In this document: positions 61,401 to 64,000 of the stretch, piece by piece
Numbering within the stretch: position 1 is the stretch's first letter
Layout of the letters: every line of letters begins with the position of its first letter
Source of the DNA: Mizuhopecten yessoensis
Taxonomy: Eukaryota
Reading direction: 5' to 3'
Assembly (NCBI RefSeq): GCF_002113885.1
Contig: NW_018408683.1
Coordinates: 242,144 to 306,143, forward strand
DNA: 64,000 nt
The notes under the pieces: model-generated
What the model saw: only the letters and a program-made list of their open reading frames with translations
Database searches by the model: none
Told to the model about the DNA's origin: nothing
Program-made: the position numbers and the translations under genes

Positions 61401-63306
61401 TCTGGTATCACATGTACGGAAGCTCGGGGCAGACTCTCAACATCTACCGGCTAACCCGTGGGGTTCTTGGCACTCCAATATGGTCCAAGTCAGGTAAGCT
61501 TAGGGTTATTTCCCCCTTGTGTGAAGTATGTAGTGATAACTGTCCTTGATGTTAATAAATTATTTTGCCATTGTGTGAAGAAATTGTGGTTCTTTTTATG
61601 TGAGGTAGGGCTCTAACCCCGACTTTTAGATACATGTGAGTACAGTAGCATATGGAGGCCTTGGGTGATATTTTTGTACAATGAGTAACCCCTGTAATAT
61701 TACAAGTATCAAGTATCATATTTTTTCAAGAAAAAACTTGCATTTGGATTGAGACTTAAGTTATGGCCATTTACATATCTGTGTTTACACAACAAAAGCT
61801 AGTTTTCATGTAGTCCACTGGAATGACATATGCTATTGGCATTTTTTGATGGTTTTCACAAGTCCAAAATAAGAGGAAAACAAAAGCGCCTTGTGTTTGG
61901 TAAGAGTAGTATCCCTTGTGTGAGGTAGGGTTAGATAGGGGTAGTCCTCCTTGTGTAAAGTATGATAAAATAATAACAATTTGACATTACAGTTCATTTA
62001 AAGTGATTCTCATTTCCAGGTTCCCAGGGCAACCCGTGGTTAGTGGCATCTGTCAGCATCCCAGTGGCTAGCCAGTCCAACTCACCTTACCAAGTTGTTT
62101 TTGAAGGCATTATAGGGAGAACCTTTCGCAGTGATATTGGTATTGACGACTTCTCCATTACAAGTGGGGCTTGTCCTTCAGAAGGTGAGCATTGGAAAGA
62201 AAACAAATCAAAATAATTTGTCATTGAATAGCAAATCCCAGTTATTTTTATATTAAGCCTAAAATCTTAATATTTCATTGAGGTAAATAATGATTATTCC
62301 TAACAGTTACTGAGTTAGGCCATTTTCGTTTATCAATATCCAAATGGTTGAACCAGTTGGAATATAGTTATTTGTTTATGAAAAAGGTTGGACCCAGTAA
62401 TCTAATGCTACTTTCAGACGAAAAATTTTGATCGTCTGCCAGGATTTATACCTAAAAATGTTACATTTTAAAAAGAACATAACGGTTGTTCCTCATAAAT
62501 CAGCAGGCCCTTAGTGTCAGTTGCATGAAGAAACTGTCATATCCTCAATTCAGTCAGATCCATGTTCTATTATGGTGTTAAATTGTGTAGTTTGTATTTG
62601 TGTTTATTTGTGTTCAAAATGCAACATGATGAATGCTGTGTATCCTTACACTAGAATTTCTCTCACAGGTACCTGTAACTTTGACAATGGGTTCTGTACC
62701 TGGACGAATGCCAAGACTGGTGACCAGTTTGACTGGACACTGGGGTCTAGTAGCACGTCTAGCTCATTTATGACTGCCTTCTCTGACCACACCAGTACCA
62801 AGGGTAGGTCTACCACCCCAGTGCTCATTCACAGTACCTGTACCAAACAGTAGGATCTAACACCTGAAAACCTCCCACATTAAATATAATACAATCAAGT
62901 CAACAATAAAACAAACGAATTCAAAAGACTTCAGTGAAATATTATTAAATTAAAGGGACAATGTTTTGTATGGAAGAAGAGATGTATTGATTGTAACAAT
63001 AAGGGTGTTTTAAGCGACGTTTTAGATCCATTGTACTCTGTTTTAGGACAATATGCCTACCTAGAGTCCTCCAACCCCAACCATCCTGGTTACGATGCCA
63101 AGCTCGTGAGTGAGAGTTTAAGTGCTCACACCCATAAGTGTATGTACTTCTGGTATAATGTCTACGGCAGCAACATTGGTAAGCTGCGTGTGTGGAGCAG
63201 CACTGCCACCAGTAACCCGAATCCTCTCTGGGAGATTTCTGGCAGCATGCAGAACCAGTGGTATCAGGGCATTATACCACTACAGAACCAAAACACTAGC
63301 TTCACG
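37455..63306 (+). CDS. Secreted/extracellular multi-MAM-domain protein (MALRD1-like), 5' part: signal peptide plus 9 MAM domains (the ninth incomplete), running off the window
   Basis: Signal exon 37455-37503 ([16 protein letters not shown], spliced to AARG-QNL). MAM1 40385-40531, 41196-41458, 43051-43141; MAM2 44149-44310, 45519-45772, 46029-46119; MAM3 46446-46583, 47696-47955, 49058-49142; T/P linker 49585-49680; MAM4 50979-51119, 52418-52674, 52998-53082; MAM5 53611-53772, 54597-54751, 55399-55509, 56028-56118; MAM6 56813-56953, 57779-57946, 58207-58389; MAM7 58860-59069, 59504-59772, 60661-60745; MAM8 60862-61014, 61299-61493, 62020-62184; MAM9 62669-62803, 63047-63306. All GT-AG and in frame. 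Repeated MAM motifs CxFE/D..LCxW, FDW..TGP..DHT, GxYxYxE, ARLxSP, CLxFWYxMYG, GDIAIDD. No LDLa module is visible in the window, so MALRD1 orthology is not established. Confidence 0.93.
37960..38191. mobile_element. Fragment of a GGGCCC-ended MITE (Harbinger-like, tentative); related fragment at 54147-54222
   Basis: GAGCATGAGAACGGTTTCACAAATACGGGCCC is the inverse of GGGCCCGTAATCATGAAACCGTTTTCATGCTC at 54147; the internal GCATGGA...GCT(C/T)AAACCAG...CTTGTAACT is shared. Confidence 0.5.
41601..42172. mobile_element. Palindrome-bearing non-autonomous element (Crypton-like, tentative)
   Basis: ~150-bp hairpin at 41609-41755, then TTTTCTCTCGAACCT with an inverted partner AGGTGCGAGAAAAA near 42159-42172. 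Confidence 0.5.
43156..43966 (+). mobile_element. Non-autonomous Helentron-type element (HINE), opposite orientation, 14 nt downstream of a donor site
   Basis: TTTTAGGTCACCTGAGACAAAGTCTCAAGTGACCTA...(CGTC)n...GGTGACCGTAAAGGCCCATGGGCCTCTTGTT; reverse complement of the 27117 copy. Confidence 0.85.
45110..45524. repeat. ~32-bp (dimeric) tandem repeat ending at the acceptor of exon 45519
   Basis: Alternating ATGATTTTATTTGAGGGTCACTGTG and ATGATTTTCTGAAGGCCACTGTG units. Confidence 0.9.
47385..47597 (-). mobile_element. Partial TRIM (family B): one LTR, PBS and part of the internal region
   Basis: Reverse complement reads TGTAGTGGAACTTGACTGGGTCGA...GTCACA (47468-47597), then GTGGTGCATGTGACC (PBS-like), then internal sequence alignable with 54950-55020. 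Confidence 0.75.
48541..49007. mobile_element. Same MITE family as 17061, interrupted by the V-type SINE
   Basis: ACTGTACCTGGAAACTTTC...GGAGGGCAAAAATGGCGAAAGTTAAACTGC...ATACAGTA aligns with 17061-17337. Confidence 0.6.
48643..48881 (+). mobile_element. tRNA-derived SINE with V-domain-like core, full-length, 13-bp TSD
   Basis: A box TGGTGCAGTGG, B box GGTTCGATTCC, V-like GGGTTTTCTCCGGGTACT..GGTTTCCTCCCACA, A-rich tail; TSD TAATGACTATATG at 48630-48642 and 48882-48894. Confidence 0.88.
49333..49488 (+). mobile_element. Solo LTR (family A), 156 bp, with an internal tRNA-like Pol III cassette
   Basis: TG...ACA ends, 4-bp TSD GATA (49329-49332 and 49489-49492), A box TAGCTCAGCGG, B-box-like GGTTAGAGCCC; near-identical to 54367-54523. 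Confidence 0.82.
53455..53503. repeat. 22-bp tandem repeat, ~3 units
   Basis: AAGGGAGATAATCATAAGCAAT repeated. Confidence 0.75.
53745..54310. repeat. 45-47-bp degenerate tandem repeat of the exon 53611-53772 donor junction
   Basis: GAACCAGTC(A/G)AGGTAAG at 53761, 53808, 53853 and 53899, then degenerating. Confidence 0.85.
54367..54523 (+). mobile_element. Solo LTR (family A), 157 bp, with an internal tRNA-like Pol III cassette
   Basis: TGTAAAAG...CTACTACA ends, 4-bp TSD GGTG (54363-54366 and 54524-54527), B box GGTTCGAGGCC. Confidence 0.85.
54799..55092 (+). mobile_element. TRIM-like miniature LTR retrotransposon (family B): tRNA-like LTR, short internal region, PPT, truncated second LTR
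   Basis: LTR1 54799-54943 (TGTAGCCGAACTGGACTGGGTC...GTTACA, with GGTTCGTATCC B box); polypurine tract AGAAAAAGGAGGGAGGAA; LTR2 restarts with TGTAGCATAACTGGACTGGGTC at 55068. Confidence 0.8.
55535..55740 (+). mobile_element. Degenerate copy of the same V-type SINE
   Basis: Shares GGGTCACCTGCCCGACCAC and CTGGGTACT...TTTCCTCC with 48643-48881. Confidence 0.65.
56268..56812. repeat. 33-bp near-perfect tandem repeat (~16 units)
   Basis: TGTATGTATATGTTTTTGTGTAGAGTTTAAAAC; one N at 56537 suggests an assembly join inside the array. Confidence 0.95.
60381..60697. repeat. 68-bp tandem repeat of the acceptor junction of exon 60661-60745
   Basis: AG|GTGGTGTT at 60389, 60457, 60525, 60593 and 60661 (the real exon). 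Confidence 0.93.
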
Positions 63307-64000
63307 GTAAGTTGCTTACTTCTTTGAAAAATCAATCACTCATTTCTAAATACATGAACAGACTCGATGGACACTGGATTGATCAGGAACTTATTTATAA
63401 CTACAGAGCTAACATAACTTGTTAAACATGTGATGTCCACACCCCAACTTTCATATATATATATTTAAAAAAAAACATGTTTGAGTCCGGTGGAGAGGGT
63501 TAAATAGATCCTGTAGCAGAAAATAACTAAACTAAACTAAACTATTCAGACAAGTTGCTATGCCCACACTGTGAAATTAGAGGGAGGTCATATAATAGTG
63601 TTTCCATGCCATCATCTCTCTTGCTCCTCTATTTGTGGTGGGATATTCCATGAAACTTCATATACAGGATTATGTTCCACCAAAAGTCAATCTAATTCAC
63701 TGTTAGGGTAGAAAGTAGATATGCCCTTGCCTTAGTGTTTTTATTTCATTTTCATGAAACTTTATGCAGAGAATAAATAGCAAGTTATCTTGAAAAAGTT
63801 TGTATTATAGTTTTTAACACCAAAAGTTAAGGTCACTAGTAATAAAAAATAGAAGAATGTTTCTATCACTGGCATCTTCATGTTGGTTTGGAGTTACATA
63901 ATGCCGCCTTCAAGGTTTAAGTACTAAGTAAGCTGATATGTGTTTCAGAATTTTGAACCAAAAGTCAAGGTCACTATTACTATAATTATATGAAACTAAC

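Noticed and set aside
37455-63306. Assigning the symbol MALRD1
   Set aside because: Only MAM domains and linkers are visible; LDLa and transmembrane parts are not in the window, and invertebrates have many multi-MAM paralogues.

Overview
Eukaryotic, AT-rich, intron-rich animal DNA; the repeat content (Helentron-type HINEs, V-domain SINE, TRIM-like LTRs) suggests a bivalve mollusc (inference). The window holds two genes arranged head-to-head. (1) A complete VPS18 gene (HOPS/CORVET class C core subunit) on the minus strand: 28 coding exons from ATG at 28409 to TAA at 7548, 2949 nt / 982 aa, every junction GT-AG and frame-consistent. (2) The 5' part of a secreted multi-MAM-domain protein gene (MALRD1-like) on the plus strand: ATG at 37455, 29 exons, 9 MAM domains in the window, continuing past the right edge. 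Introns and the intergenic region carry minisatellites, HINEs, LINE 3' fragments, SINEs, MITEs and one 725-N gap. Two things stand out. (a) About 16 of the tandem repeats or local duplications are amplified copies of the host gene's own exon-intron junctions or stop codon, giving trains of decoy splice sites, about 50 in one intron. (b) Two families of tiny LTR elements carry a tRNA-like Pol III cassette inside the LTR: solo LTRs with 4-bp TSDs, and a TRIM with PBS and PPT. Also noted: a candidate 27-nt VPS18 microexon and a 3-MAM periodicity with intron turnover. All coordinates were read by hand; no database searches were run.
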